Shown here: piece by piece, positions 1-8,972 of the stretch
Position numbering within the stretch: position 1 is the stretch's first letter
Layout: every line of letters begins with the position of its first letter
Sequence record: DRR723986_1321
Length of the DNA stretch: 56,884 nucleotides
Direction: 5' to 3' (one strand)
Made by a program: the position numbers and the translations under genes
Notes under the pieces: generated by a model
The model's input: only the letters and a program-made list of their open reading frames with translations
What the model was told of the DNA's origin: nothing
Databases searched by the model: none

Positions 1-924
1 CAACTCGGGCGCCGTCATCAGCAGCGAGCCGTCAAGAGCAGACACGACCGAGATAGGCGTCAGTTTGAGGCCCTCTACCCGGCCGAAGGCCCGCATATGA
101 TCAATGATGGAGGCTGCGCGGCCAATCGACTGCATGACTCGCCCAATCTTACTTTTCACCTGGTCTGTATCGGTGATTTTTTCCGGACTCAGTAACAACT
201 TCTCCAGGTTCAGCATCACCAGCTTGATGTGATTGAGTGGCTGGTTTAACTCGTGCGCGATGCTCGCAGACAACTCGCCAAGATTGGCAAGCTTCGCTGC
301 CTGCATCAGCTGCTGCTGCCTTAACTTTTCCTCGGAAACATCCGCCAGCAAAACCGACATCTCACCGTCTGGCGAAGGGTCATGATCTAACCTGCCGAGA
401 ACAGCGAACTTTGCCCTGTCCGCATCACCAATCTGTACTTCTTTCGCTGCGCTACCGGAGCCTGCCACCAATGCCTGCTGGTAAACCGCGCGCTCCAGTG
501 TGCTGTCTTCGCCAACGAATTTCCTGAACGCCGAATTAGCCGTTATCAGGCGACTGCTGCCATCATAAGTTGCTAGGCCTATTGGCATGGCGCCAATCAG
601 CCAATGCATCCGCTCGGTAAGCGCCTCCGCCTCGCGCTGCTTCGCGGCCGCATGAGAGCGAGCGTTCTCGGCCGCATCCTGGCGACGACCAGCCATGGAG
701 GCAACAATTGCGAGCACCAGGGGTGCGGTATCAATAATCCAGTGTAAGGGCTGGGTCTGCTGCACCTCCACAACACTGGCCAGGCTCAGGGACAGACCCC
801 TGACAGCAAGGTCGAGGCTGGTCGCACAGACAGGAAAGACCAGGCCAAACAAGCAGCCGAAAAATGCATAGAGCGCGATGTTAGAGTCCAGCACTCGCCA
901 CACGACCGGGAACCGCCCCCTCAT
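1..924 (-). CDS. Membrane sensor histidine kinase, NtrB/DctB-like (C-terminus runs off the window)
   Basis: Absent from the ORF track; translated by hand from ATG 924 (RBS GGGAGG at 931-936). N-terminal TM region (...QPLHWIIDTAPLVL...), PAS-like middle, H-box QAAKLANLGELSASIAHELNQPLN in the same frame. Confidence 0.9.
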   Translation of the reverse strand, partial: MRGRFPVVWRVLDSNIALYAFFGCLFGLVFPVCATSLDLAVRGLSLSLASVVEVQQTQPLHWIIDTAPLVLAIVASMAGRRQDAAENARSHAAAKQREAEALTERMHWLIGAMPIGLATYDGSSRLITANSAFRKFVGEDSTLERAVYQQALVAGSGSAAKEVQIGDADRAKFAVLGRLDHDPSPDGEMSVLLADVSEEKLRQQQLMQAAKLANLGELSASIAHELNQPLNHIKLVMLNLEKLLLSPEKITDTDQVKSKIGRVMQSIGRAASIIDHMRAFGRVEGLKLTPISVVSALDGSLLMTAPEL

Positions 925-1030
925 CACAGCCCTCCCAGGACCTGCATCATTTAATGTCATACTCCGCCAGCAGCCAAGCTGCACCCGTTGACAGGATACG
1001 CCAGGCCCTGAAGGCTGAAATTGCGCATTT

Positions 1031-1046
1031 TGTGATGCCGCTCACA
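1031..1046. promoter_or_regulatory. CRP/Vfr-type binding site
   Basis: Perfect TGTGA-TGCCGC-TCACA with symmetric T/A flanks, in a divergent intergenic region. Confidence 0.65.
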
Positions 1047-1113
1047 AAACCAATGCAACACCCCTGAACCGCAGCGCGTACACTCTTCAAAGAAAGCCAC
1101 GGAGAACTCCGGC

Positions 1114-1428
1114 ATGTCCGGTAACACCAAAATCCACATCGACGAGCTACGCACTGGCCTTCATGTCTACAGACTTGAAAGCGGCCGGCGCGCTGTGCGT
1201 GTGCCCTTCTCCCCCGGTGGCGTAACGCTGACCTCGCAGGAGTCCGTCGACAGTATGCAGACATACTGCCGATGCATGGATATAGAACGTGTGTATGTCA
1301 GGGACGCTGCGACAGCGCCCCGCGCGACCGATGCGCCTGCTATGCGCAATACTGACTCTGGAATATTCGCGAATACCTTCACCGACACCCTGTCGGCGAG
1401 GCGCTGGGCGTCGGTGACGAAGCGATAG
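1114..1428 (+). CDS. Small protein resembling a stand-alone DUF3391 domain
   Basis: KIHIDELRTGLHVYRL...PF..GG..L.S.E.V..M..YC....VYV resembles the N-terminal domain of HD-GYP proteins; GGAG lies upstream of the ATG. Confidence 0.55.
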   Translation: MSGNTKIHIDELRTGLHVYRLESGRRAVRVPFSPGGVTLTSQESVDSMQTYCRCMDIERVYVRDAATAPRATDAPAMRNTDSGIFANTFTDTLSARRWASVTKR

Positions 1429-1476
1429 CTTCGTGAGGGGTTCAGCTTACCAGTGAGGACTCGAATATCTACTGGA

Positions 1477-2643
1477 CTAGCTTTTTTGGTCTGCAACCAT
1501 CGATGTATTACCGTTACGGGCCTGGGAAATCGGCACTGGGCCGACGAGCTCTCCCTCACCACTTCCTGCATCTGCTGATGTGCATTTTTTGTAGATCGCC
1601 TCAAAATCCCGATGGTGTCGCAGGAAGACGGCCAGCACTTCCGGGTTGAACTGAGAGACGCTGGTTCTGTCATCCCCGTTGCAAATGACATCAATGGCTG
1701 CTGAATGCGCCATCGTATCTTTATAAGGCCTCGACGAACGCAGCGCGTCATACACGTCGATCAGCGTCGTTACCGCCGCCTCAATTGGAATCTGGTTGCC
1801 GACCAGGCCTCGCGGGTAGCCGCTGCCATCGTAATACTCGTGGTGGCATAACGCGATCTTGGCGCCCATGCGCATTACCGGACTGCTGGACGACGACAGG
1901 ATCTGTGCACCCAGCGAGGTGTGGTCCTTCATTTCGGTGTATTCCGCTTCCGATAGCGAGCCCTTCTTGCCCAAAATGCCATCAGCAACACCAATCTTAC
2001 CCACATCGTGCAAGGGCGCTGCCAGCTCGATCGCCATGCAGCGATCCTCGGACCATCCCAGCAACTCGCCCATTCTACGGGCGTAGGCACCTATCCGCCT
2101 GACATGCTCACCGGTTGTAGAATCCTTGTGCTCAGCGGCGATGGCCAGGCACAGCAGGGATTCGCGCTGGGTATCGCGAATTTCCTCGGTCATTTCTTCA
2201 AGCAGCCCGCTTTTGATCGCCAGTTGCTCTTGCAGGGACAGCAACTCGCTGCGCTGCTGCTGCTCCTCCTTGAGTTCTATCTCGTTGCGGCGCAGCGCCG
2301 ACTTCAACTGATCAACCTGAACTGGCTTGAAGTGAAAGTCACTGATACCGTATTTGATTGCGGTAATCACCAGCGCCGGGTCCTGCTCGCCGGTCATGCA
2401 GATAGCGCGCAGGGCATCACCGCCAAGTTCGCCATCTCCCCGAACCTCCTGCAGCATCTCCAGCCCGGTTGTACCCGGCATATTGATGTCGAAAAGAACC
2501 AGGTCAATGGGCTCCCCGGACCGGATGAACTGCAGAGCTTCCTCCGCGCAGGACATAGGGTGACAGCCGTAGCCCCACGAGGAAATGGCATCGGCCAGCT
2601 CGAGGCGGGTGTCGGTATCATCTTCAACAAGCAGTACATTCAT
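1477..2643 (-). CDS. Response regulator with HD-GYP c-di-GMP phosphodiesterase output (RpfG-like)
   Basis: REC (VEDD, FDINMPG, KP), coiled-coil linker, then HDVGKIG, HHEYYDGSGYP and DVYDAL..SRPYK. Confidence 0.95.
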   Translation of the reverse strand: MNVLLVEDDTDTRLELADAISSWGYGCHPMSCAEEALQFIRSGEPIDLVLFDINMPGTTGLEMLQEVRGDGELGGDALRAICMTGEQDPALVITAIKYGISDFHFKPVQVDQLKSALRRNEIELKEEQQQRSELLSLQEQLAIKSGLLEEMTEEIRDTQRESLLCLAIAAEHKDSTTGEHVRRIGAYARRMGELLGWSEDRCMAIELAAPLHDVGKIGVADGILGKKGSLSEAEYTEMKDHTSLGAQILSSSSSPVMRMGAKIALCHHEYYDGSGYPRGLVGNQIPIEAAVTTLIDVYDALRSSRPYKDTMAHSAAIDVICNGDDRTSVSQFNPEVLAVFLRHHRDFEAIYKKCTSADAGSGEGELVGPVPISQARNGNTSMVADQKS

Positions 2644-2803
2644 GACGCGCTCTCCGGAAACCTCGACCTACGAGGCCCACTATTGAATCTACATCATAGC
2701 GCTGAAATCACTGCTGAAAATTTCGGGCGTGTTTAAAAGTATTAAACCCAGGGCGAGAGCCTCCCCCCCCTGAGCACTGGATCACAGCAGCGTTAGCCAG
2801 CCC

Positions 2804-3355
2804 TTAACCCACCAATTCTAGCTCAAAAGCAGACTCTTCACCGGCAGCGGATGAATCCGTCCGATTAATGGCGATCGCGACCGGCGTGGAAAAGTGCTCC
2901 GACAAACCGATTAGCAGGCCATGGACAAATGCTGTAAGCCCCAAACGATGACTCCGGTAAACAAACCTGTACTTCCCGTCGGCCAGCTGTTCAACATCAA
3001 AAACCGGCGGCCTGTAGCTGAGGAATGACCCCGAAATCTCCTGATGCATGGCGTTAATACTGTGCAGGAACTCTACCAGAGAATCGCCATGGGCCTCCAT
3101 CAACGCGGCATAGCTATCTGCGGCGACCCTGTGAATCCAGAACTTACCGAAATCCTGCAGTAATTCCTCCGCCGGCAGGTTACAGCACTCCGACGCCAGG
3201 CCCACCAGGTGATAGGTCGTTTCGTCCGGCTGGTTTCTCACCGCCATGAAGCTTTCTTCACCGTAACCGGCTTCAGCGATGATTTTGTCCCACTTGTCGG
3301 CGCCGTAAGTGACGGCGACAAACTCTCGCATGGATTTATTGATCAGTCCGTACAT
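2804..3355 (-). CDS. H-NOX heme NO-binding sensor protein
   Basis: MYGLIN start, proximal His (AMHQE), RPPVF and the YxSxR motif (YRSHR). Confidence 0.93.
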   Translation of the reverse strand: MYGLINKSMREFVAVTYGADKWDKIIAEAGYGEESFMAVRNQPDETTYHLVGLASECCNLPAEELLQDFGKFWIHRVAADSYAALMEAHGDSLVEFLHSINAMHQEISGSFLSYRPPVFDVEQLADGKYRFVYRSHRLGLTAFVHGLLIGLSEHFSTPVAIAINRTDSSAAGEESAFELELVG

Positions 3356-3630
3356 CGTACCCACCCGTTTCCAGCAATCCTTGCCTGGACCGCAAATTGT
3401 TCGTAATTGACTACTCGTTATCGGCGCAACGGCCTCATGCCATAACCACCCTCGATCGCTGGCCAGGCGTCCTCTCGCAACAGCGCTACGACTTGCCAGC
3501 GGGGACGCCTACTCGCTTGCAGCGAGAGAAACGCCCAGCAAGGAACCCCTATTATAACTGAACTTGCTGGCAGGTGACGCCAGGCCGCGAAACGCTGTAT
3601 CGGCCCTGGGTCCCCGCGCCTGGCTCACTA

Positions 3631-6324
3631 TCAGCTGGAATTCGCCGAACGGCTGACCTCGAGCTCACCGCCGTGCTCAACAAGCTGGATGGTGACCTCA
3701 AGGCCGCCATCGATATTAGCCGCCTGGATGGTTCCACCCATATCCTTGATGATGCCGTAACTGATCGACCCTCCGAGACCGGTACCCTCCCCCGCCAGCT
3801 TGGTGGTATAGAAGGGTTCGAAAATCTTGAACAGGTCACCTTCAGCTACCCCGCCACCATTGTCACTGACTCTGATCACCACTTTGCCATTGCGGGAGAA
3901 GGCCTCAATTAGCATGTGCGGCATATCATTGTTATCCACAGCGGCGTCTTTCGCATTGGAAATCAGGTTCAGGATTACCTGCTCCAGCCGGTTTGTTTGT
4001 GCCATGGCCTTGAGCGGGGTGATCGCCAGTCTGAGTTCCACATTCACCCCGAGCAGCTTAAGCTGCTCAGACGTCATCGAATAGGCGCCGCGGATAGCGT
4101 CCCTGACATCGACCAGAATCAGCTCCTCGGGAGCTACCCTACCATAGGTTCTCATGTGGTTAATGATTCTTGAGGCGCGATCAATCGCCCCCTTCATTCG
4201 TTGTACTTTCTTGAGGACCTGTTCCCTGTCGATCTCGTCTTTGCCGATTTGCGAACTGATATTGGCCTGGCACAGAGCGAGCACATTGAGCGGTTGATTG
4301 AGTTCGTGCGCTATTTCAGTGGACATCTGCCCCAGGGTAGCCAGCTTGGACGTCTGAGCAAGCTGAGCATCTTTTAACTTTTCTTCAGTTAAATCAACAA
4401 CTATCAGCCAGTGGCCGTCTGGCTTTCCCTGGGCGCCCATCCTGAGTACTTTCTTGATCGCCAGATTTCGCGTTGTGCCATCACCGGACAAAATATCAAG
4501 GCGCCGTTCAGCACGACCATGGAGCGAAAACTCCATCTGCTGCGACTCCCCGGTTATCGCCTCTAAGGCAGGCACGCTCAACTTGCAGATGTCCGCCAGA
4601 CCTTCATTCACCGAGACGATTTCACCACTTGCGTCCACAGCAAGCAGCCCGAGGGGAACCGTGGCGACGAGGCTCTCATAACTGTCGACCGAATCCCGCA
4701 TATTCCCGGCGAGCGCGTCTATAGCACCCAGCAGCGCCACAAATGCCTGCTGACTCTGGTCTGCCTCAACAACCATGGTCGGCCTGATAGCCGGAATCGA
4801 GAAATATTGATCCGGCGAAGCAGCCAGCGCCGCCGACTTTACCCCCAGTTCCTCCGAGAACTCCCTGTAAGGCCGCAGCGCGACCTGGATCATTGCCGCG
4901 CAGACCGCCATAAAAAGCGCATAGCCCGAAAATGATGCGATCATCATCAGGGAGAATTCATGCATCGATTGCAAATAATAGGACCATGCACCAACGGTCA
5001 TGGTTTGCCGAAAGGCCGTCTCGCCTGGCAAGCTTGGAGCTCCTGAGTGGAACTGGGCAAAACTGGAGCCTGGTAAAAGTGCAGGGGAAATGGCGTTATT
5101 TCGATGCAATCGAGTGTCGCTCACCCAGAATGACAGCTCACCATCACCGTACTCCTTCCGGTAGGTACGTGTTGATGGCAAATCAAAAAGCGCCCCACGT
5201 GGCCTCGGGTCGGCAGCATCGTCCGGCGTAATATCAAACTGGAAGCCTTTAACCGACATGAAGGCCGACAGGGACCCTGCGTCTTCGAAGACAAACTCAA
5301 TAACGGTGTCATAGCTGCTTCTCACCAGCAGGGCCCACGGAGCGTTAGCTGAACCAAGGTCCTGAGCAACGTAATAGGACCGTGCTTGCGGAACGGCCAG
5401 ACTCTTTTTCACCAGTTCACTTTCGGAGACAAACTGCTCAGCATCGTCTTGAAATGATGCGCCAAGCCGATAGACATGCACATCCAACAGGCCATCGATT
5501 TTGAGCGCAGCTGCCGCAGACCGGATGTCCCACGTCTTGGCAAGCGCCACATTCTGGGTATTGGTGCTCAGCAGTACATCATCGGCCTTATCCAGCAGCC
5601 GACCGATGAATGCCTGGCGCTGTTCGGAGACATGCTCCTTGGCCACGAGAACCAGATCCCGCTCCCGGTAACTGGCATCGACGGATGCTATGCCACAGAT
5701 CATCAGCGCAATACCCACACCCAGGATGCTCTGTAAGAAACCCCTGATGGGATAGCTTGCTGTAAAAAAGGGAACCGTCTTGCCAGCGGATCTTGAATAG
5801 AAGTTGATGGTCTTGTCGATGAGCTCAAAAATTATGAGGCAGAAGAACAGGTCCAGAATCTTCCTGGACACTCGCAGCACGGTGACGTCAAGTTGCTGGT
5901 AGCTCACATAAATGGCAATTCCCATCAGTGGCAGCAGGATAAAGTAGCAGAAAACAATGGCCTCACTGACGGTGAGCCCTACCGCACGCTGGGTGAGATA
6001 CCTGATTATCATGGCCTCTGCGAGGACAAATCCCACGACCGCGAGCGGCAATTCTGTCGTCGCGACCAGAACCAGCAGCGAGGAAATATACAGCGCGACG
6101 GAGAAACGGAATTCCGTTCTTGACGTGCGCGTGCACAGGAAGAACAGAAACGTCTCGCCGAGGTAGACAGGGATAGAATAAACAAACAGTGGAAAAAACA
6201 CTGCAAGCACGGCAGCGAAGACCAAGGCAATGATGATCGCGTACCTTGCCCGAGCCTCATTACTCGACAGCGCGGCGGCAAAGCCCTCCTGAAGGCCCGC
6301 TTTTTGCGTGGCTACATCATTCAT
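3631..6324 (-). CDS. Multi-TM sensor histidine kinase with PAS, HisKA and HATPase domains
   Basis: Hydrophobic N-terminus, H-box IAHELNQPLN, N-box NLISNAKDA, DNGGG, FEPFYTTK, GTGLG. Confidence 0.93.
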   Translation of the reverse strand: MNDVATQKAGLQEGFAAALSSNEARARYAIIIALVFAAVLAVFFPLFVYSIPVYLGETFLFFLCTRTSRTEFRFSVALYISSLLVLVATTELPLAVVGFVLAEAMIIRYLTQRAVGLTVSEAIVFCYFILLPLMGIAIYVSYQQLDVTVLRVSRKILDLFFCLIIFELIDKTINFYSRSAGKTVPFFTASYPIRGFLQSILGVGIALMICGIASVDASYRERDLVLVAKEHVSEQRQAFIGRLLDKADDVLLSTNTQNVALAKTWDIRSAAAALKIDGLLDVHVYRLGASFQDDAEQFVSESELVKKSLAVPQARSYYVAQDLGSANAPWALLVRSSYDTVIEFVFEDAGSLSAFMSVKGFQFDITPDDAADPRPRGALFDLPSTRTYRKEYGDGELSFWVSDTRLHRNNAISPALLPGSSFAQFHSGAPSLPGETAFRQTMTVGAWSYYLQSMHEFSLMMIASFSGYALFMAVCAAMIQVALRPYREFSEELGVKSAALAASPDQYFSIPAIRPTMVVEADQSQQAFVALLGAIDALAGNMRDSVDSYESLVATVPLGLLAVDASGEIVSVNEGLADICKLSVPALEAITGESQQMEFSLHGRAERRLDILSGDGTTRNLAIKKVLRMGAQGKPDGHWLIVVDLTEEKLKDAQLAQTSKLATLGQMSTEIAHELNQPLNVLALCQANISSQIGKDEIDREQVLKKVQRMKGAIDRASRIINHMRTYGRVAPEELILVDVRDAIRGAYSMTSEQLKLLGVNVELRLAITPLKAMAQTNRLEQVILNLISNAKDAAVDNNDMPHMLIEAFSRNGKVVIRVSDNGGGVAEGDLFKIFEPFYTTKLAGEGTGLGGSISYGIIKDMGGTIQAANIDGGLEVTIQLVEHGGELEVSRSANSS

Positions 6325-6991
6325 AATCCGTTGTTCTCGCGGGCTCTGACTGCCCGTTAGCCTGCTGAAACTTGGCCTCGCTATTGATCAATTTGATGAG
6401 TTCTGACGCTCGCTGCACCTGCCTTTGCACCCGCTCCAATTTGGCCTTGACCTTCTCCAGGTCTACCTCAGGCGCCTCGATCAGGCTCAGCAGATTCTGT
6501 GACGCGAGGGCTATCGTGTTAAGCGGCTGATTCACATCGTGAGTCAAGCGGGAAATGGTTTCTCCCAGATTGGCCAGCCTCTCGAGATGCTCGGGTTGTT
6601 CCTTGGCCCGTATCAAACTGTCAACATTGCTCATAACCAGGACGTAATGCGTTGCGGGCTGATCGCGGCGTCCATCGCCCAGGCTAACAGGCGTGACCAG
6701 GATCAGGTGCTGCTGGTCATCCTGTGAATCTCCCGCCAACAACACGTCCTGTGCCACCTCGCTACCAGAGCGGACAGCCTCATCAAAAACCAATTTGAGC
6801 GAGCGCAGAACATTACGGGTGATCGCTGGCGGTGGCGACGGCTCTGCTGACGGCTGTTCCTCGGCCGTGACTCCAAATAGTTGCTCGCCGGTTTGGCGCC
6901 CAAGCAACTCCTCGGCGGACCGATTAAGAAAAAGGATGTGGCCCTGGTCGTCCAGGACACACAATATCGCGTGGTTGATCGCCAAATCCAT
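6317..6991 (-). CDS. PAS + HisKA (DHp) protein lacking the ATPase domain
   Basis: PAS start (LDDQGHILFLNRSAEELLG) and H-box LANLGETISRLTHDVNQPLN; stops before any N/G boxes and overlaps the start of the next kinase. Confidence 0.8.
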   Translation of the reverse strand: MDLAINHAILCVLDDQGHILFLNRSAEELLGRQTGEQLFGVTAEEQPSAEPSPPPAITRNVLRSLKLVFDEAVRSGSEVAQDVLLAGDSQDDQQHLILVTPVSLGDGRRDQPATHYVLVMSNVDSLIRAKEQPEHLERLANLGETISRLTHDVNQPLNTIALASQNLLSLIEAPEVDLEKVKAKLERVQRQVQRASELIKLINSEAKFQQANGQSEPARTTDYE

Positions 6992-7307
6992 CAACTGACC
7001 CCGAGTAAGCTAAAGCGCCAGGCGGCCTTTGGCGCACAGCGTTTGCCTGCCAGGACAGCCGTTATTCCGGCCAGTTCCTGCCGAACCTTGTGAGCGTCAG
7101 TCTCAGTCATAACTGTGGCACCTTCTAATCATCCGGGACGCCCAACACAAGACTTGGCTGGAAGTCCTGTCCAACCCATTCCAGTCACCCGCGATGGCGC
7201 TAGCGGGCCCTTGCCCGTCCCCTGGAAACACTATTTCGCCAGCAGGCGCTGCCAGCAATTTAGCAGAGTCTACTATGTTTGGAAGCCGGTACCGCGACCC
7301 AAACTAT

Positions 7308-7328
7308 TGTTTAAAACATTTTTAAACA
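7308..7328. promoter_or_regulatory. Inverted repeat, candidate operator
   Basis: TGTTTAAAA-CAT-TTTTAAACA in a divergent promoter region, upstream of a TAGAAT -10-like element. Confidence 0.45.
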
Positions 7329-7425
7329 CACCACAGTCTGCCAACAGGTAGAATACGCACAAATACACAAGGCCACGCGGGCTCACCTGCAAGGTGATGA
7401 AAACACCTGCTGCGAGGACTAATCC

Positions 7426-7782
7426 ATGATCATACTCGTCGTTGATGACGAACTCGAAATCGCCGAAGAATTAGCCGATTACCTGAGCGCAGGAGACCGG
7501 GTTGTGCACTTCACCGCGAATGCGGCAGAGGCACTGGACATGGCTCGGACAATCCAACCCGACCTCCTGATTACTGATATGCGCATGCCAGGCATGGATG
7601 GCGCGGAGCTGGTGCGCCGGGTTTTCGCACATGACGGCTGTAAGAAAACTCGCTTCATAATTGTATCCGGACACCTCGGCGCCTCGGAGGCACTGGCTCA
7701 TTTACATGACATCCCCTACACTCTCATCCCGAAACCGCTGAACATGGACCAGCTACATGCCGAAGTGGCAGGATCTAATTGA
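7426..7782 (+). CDS. Single-domain response regulator
   Basis: VVDDE, ITDMRMPG, VSG, KP; 118 aa. Confidence 0.92.
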   Translation: MIILVVDDELEIAEELADYLSAGDRVVHFTANAAEALDMARTIQPDLLITDMRMPGMDGAELVRRVFAHDGCKKTRFIIVSGHLGASEALAHLHDIPYTLIPKPLNMDQLHAEVAGSN

Positions 7783-7885
7783 ACGAGCTCATCTCACCTT
7801 TCTGGTGCCCGCTAAGCGCCTAGGACCCCCGCGCGGCGACGCGCCACCTACCCCCCACCCTGCCGCGACGACCCGCTGACTCACC

Positions 7886-8617
7886 ATGAGCTTCGACAAA
7901 CCTGTAGTACTGGTCCTTGAGGATGACAGTGACCTGGCCAGCGAGCTGACTGATACGCTCGAAGAGGCCGGTTTTGAGGCTGTCTCATGCTCCACGATCC
8001 GCAACTTCTGGGCCTACATCAGCAATCACGAGGTTGATATCCTGATCATTGATCTCGGCCTGCCCGACGGGTGGGGCGCAGATGTGGTGCGGGAAGTCCG
8101 GGCCAAGAGCGATGTGCCGATAATCATCACCTCGGGACGCTCAGAGGTCGAAGAGCGTGTGGCGGGCATCGAGATAGGCGCAGACGACTATCTGGGCAAA
8201 CCCTACAACGGCCGGGAAATCGTTGCCAAGCTGAGCCGCTTCCTGACCAGGACGAGGGGCACCAAGTTCTCCTCCCGGGTCAGCCAGCTGGCCGGAGCCG
8301 AGGTGTTCAGGTTCAGTAACTTCGCGCTCGATACGGGCGCCATGTCATTGACCTCGCCCGCCGGCGAAGACATCCCGTTGACCACCTTTGAGTTCCTCAC
8401 GCTCAAGGCGCTGGTTGAGCGGCCCAACAAGGTCCTTACCCGAGCCTCGCTGGTGGATTTCGTCCATACGGAGAACTGGCACGGCTCAGAGCGCACCATC
8501 GACAATCTGATCAGCCGGGTCCGCACCAAGCTGTCTCGCAGCAGCGATCAGAACTTTATCAAAACGGTCAGGGGTATCGGCTACATGTTCAGCTCCAGCG
8601 ATATGACGCGAGGCTGA
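7886..8617 (+). CDS. OmpR/PhoB-family response regulator
   Basis: REC domain plus winged helix (RTIDNLISRVRTKL, IKTVRGIGY). Confidence 0.95.
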   Translation: MSFDKPVVLVLEDDSDLASELTDTLEEAGFEAVSCSTIRNFWAYISNHEVDILIIDLGLPDGWGADVVREVRAKSDVPIIITSGRSEVEERVAGIEIGADDYLGKPYNGREIVAKLSRFLTRTRGTKFSSRVSQLAGAEVFRFSNFALDTGAMSLTSPAGEDIPLTTFEFLTLKALVERPNKVLTRASLVDFVHTENWHGSERTIDNLISRVRTKLSRSSDQNFIKTVRGIGYMFSSSDMTRG

Positions 8618-8850
8618 AACCGGCCATCCCGAACAAGCGCCGCTGATCCATTGCCGCGACTGACCCGAACAGTGTACGGAAGGCTCCCGACATACTTGCG
8701 CACATTGCTGGAACAGCGCACCCCGAGGGCAACCCGGATAAGCGATAGAGCGCGTCTGGTACCCCAGTGAAACTGATCCACGCCCGCCTCCGGACTGTCG
8801 CAACCCTTCAGGCGAACGCTTTCCAGCCTTTGTTCACCTTGCGGAATTTT

Positions 8851-8866
8851 TGTGAACCGCGTCACA
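8851..8866 (+). promoter_or_regulatory. CRP/Vfr-type site, class I position
   Basis: Perfect TGTGA-ACCGCG-TCACA, centred about -61.5 relative to a TAGACT -10 at 8908-8913. Confidence 0.7.
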
Positions 8867-8972
8867 GTTCTGCCCATCTCCTTGTGAGCCGAGTACCGCT
8901 TCTGCCCTAGACTCGTGCGATGCGCCTTGTCACTGTGGAACCCAGGCTCATCCTCGCACGAGAAGAAGAATA

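Noticed and set aside
2763-2770. C8 tract as a phase-variation switch
   Set aside because: Short, plausible by chance in GC-rich DNA, and not shown to lie between promoter elements.
3356-3550. c-di-GMP riboswitch in the H-NOX leader
   Set aside because: Hairpins exist, but I see no match to the class I GGCAAAC...GACGCAAA core.
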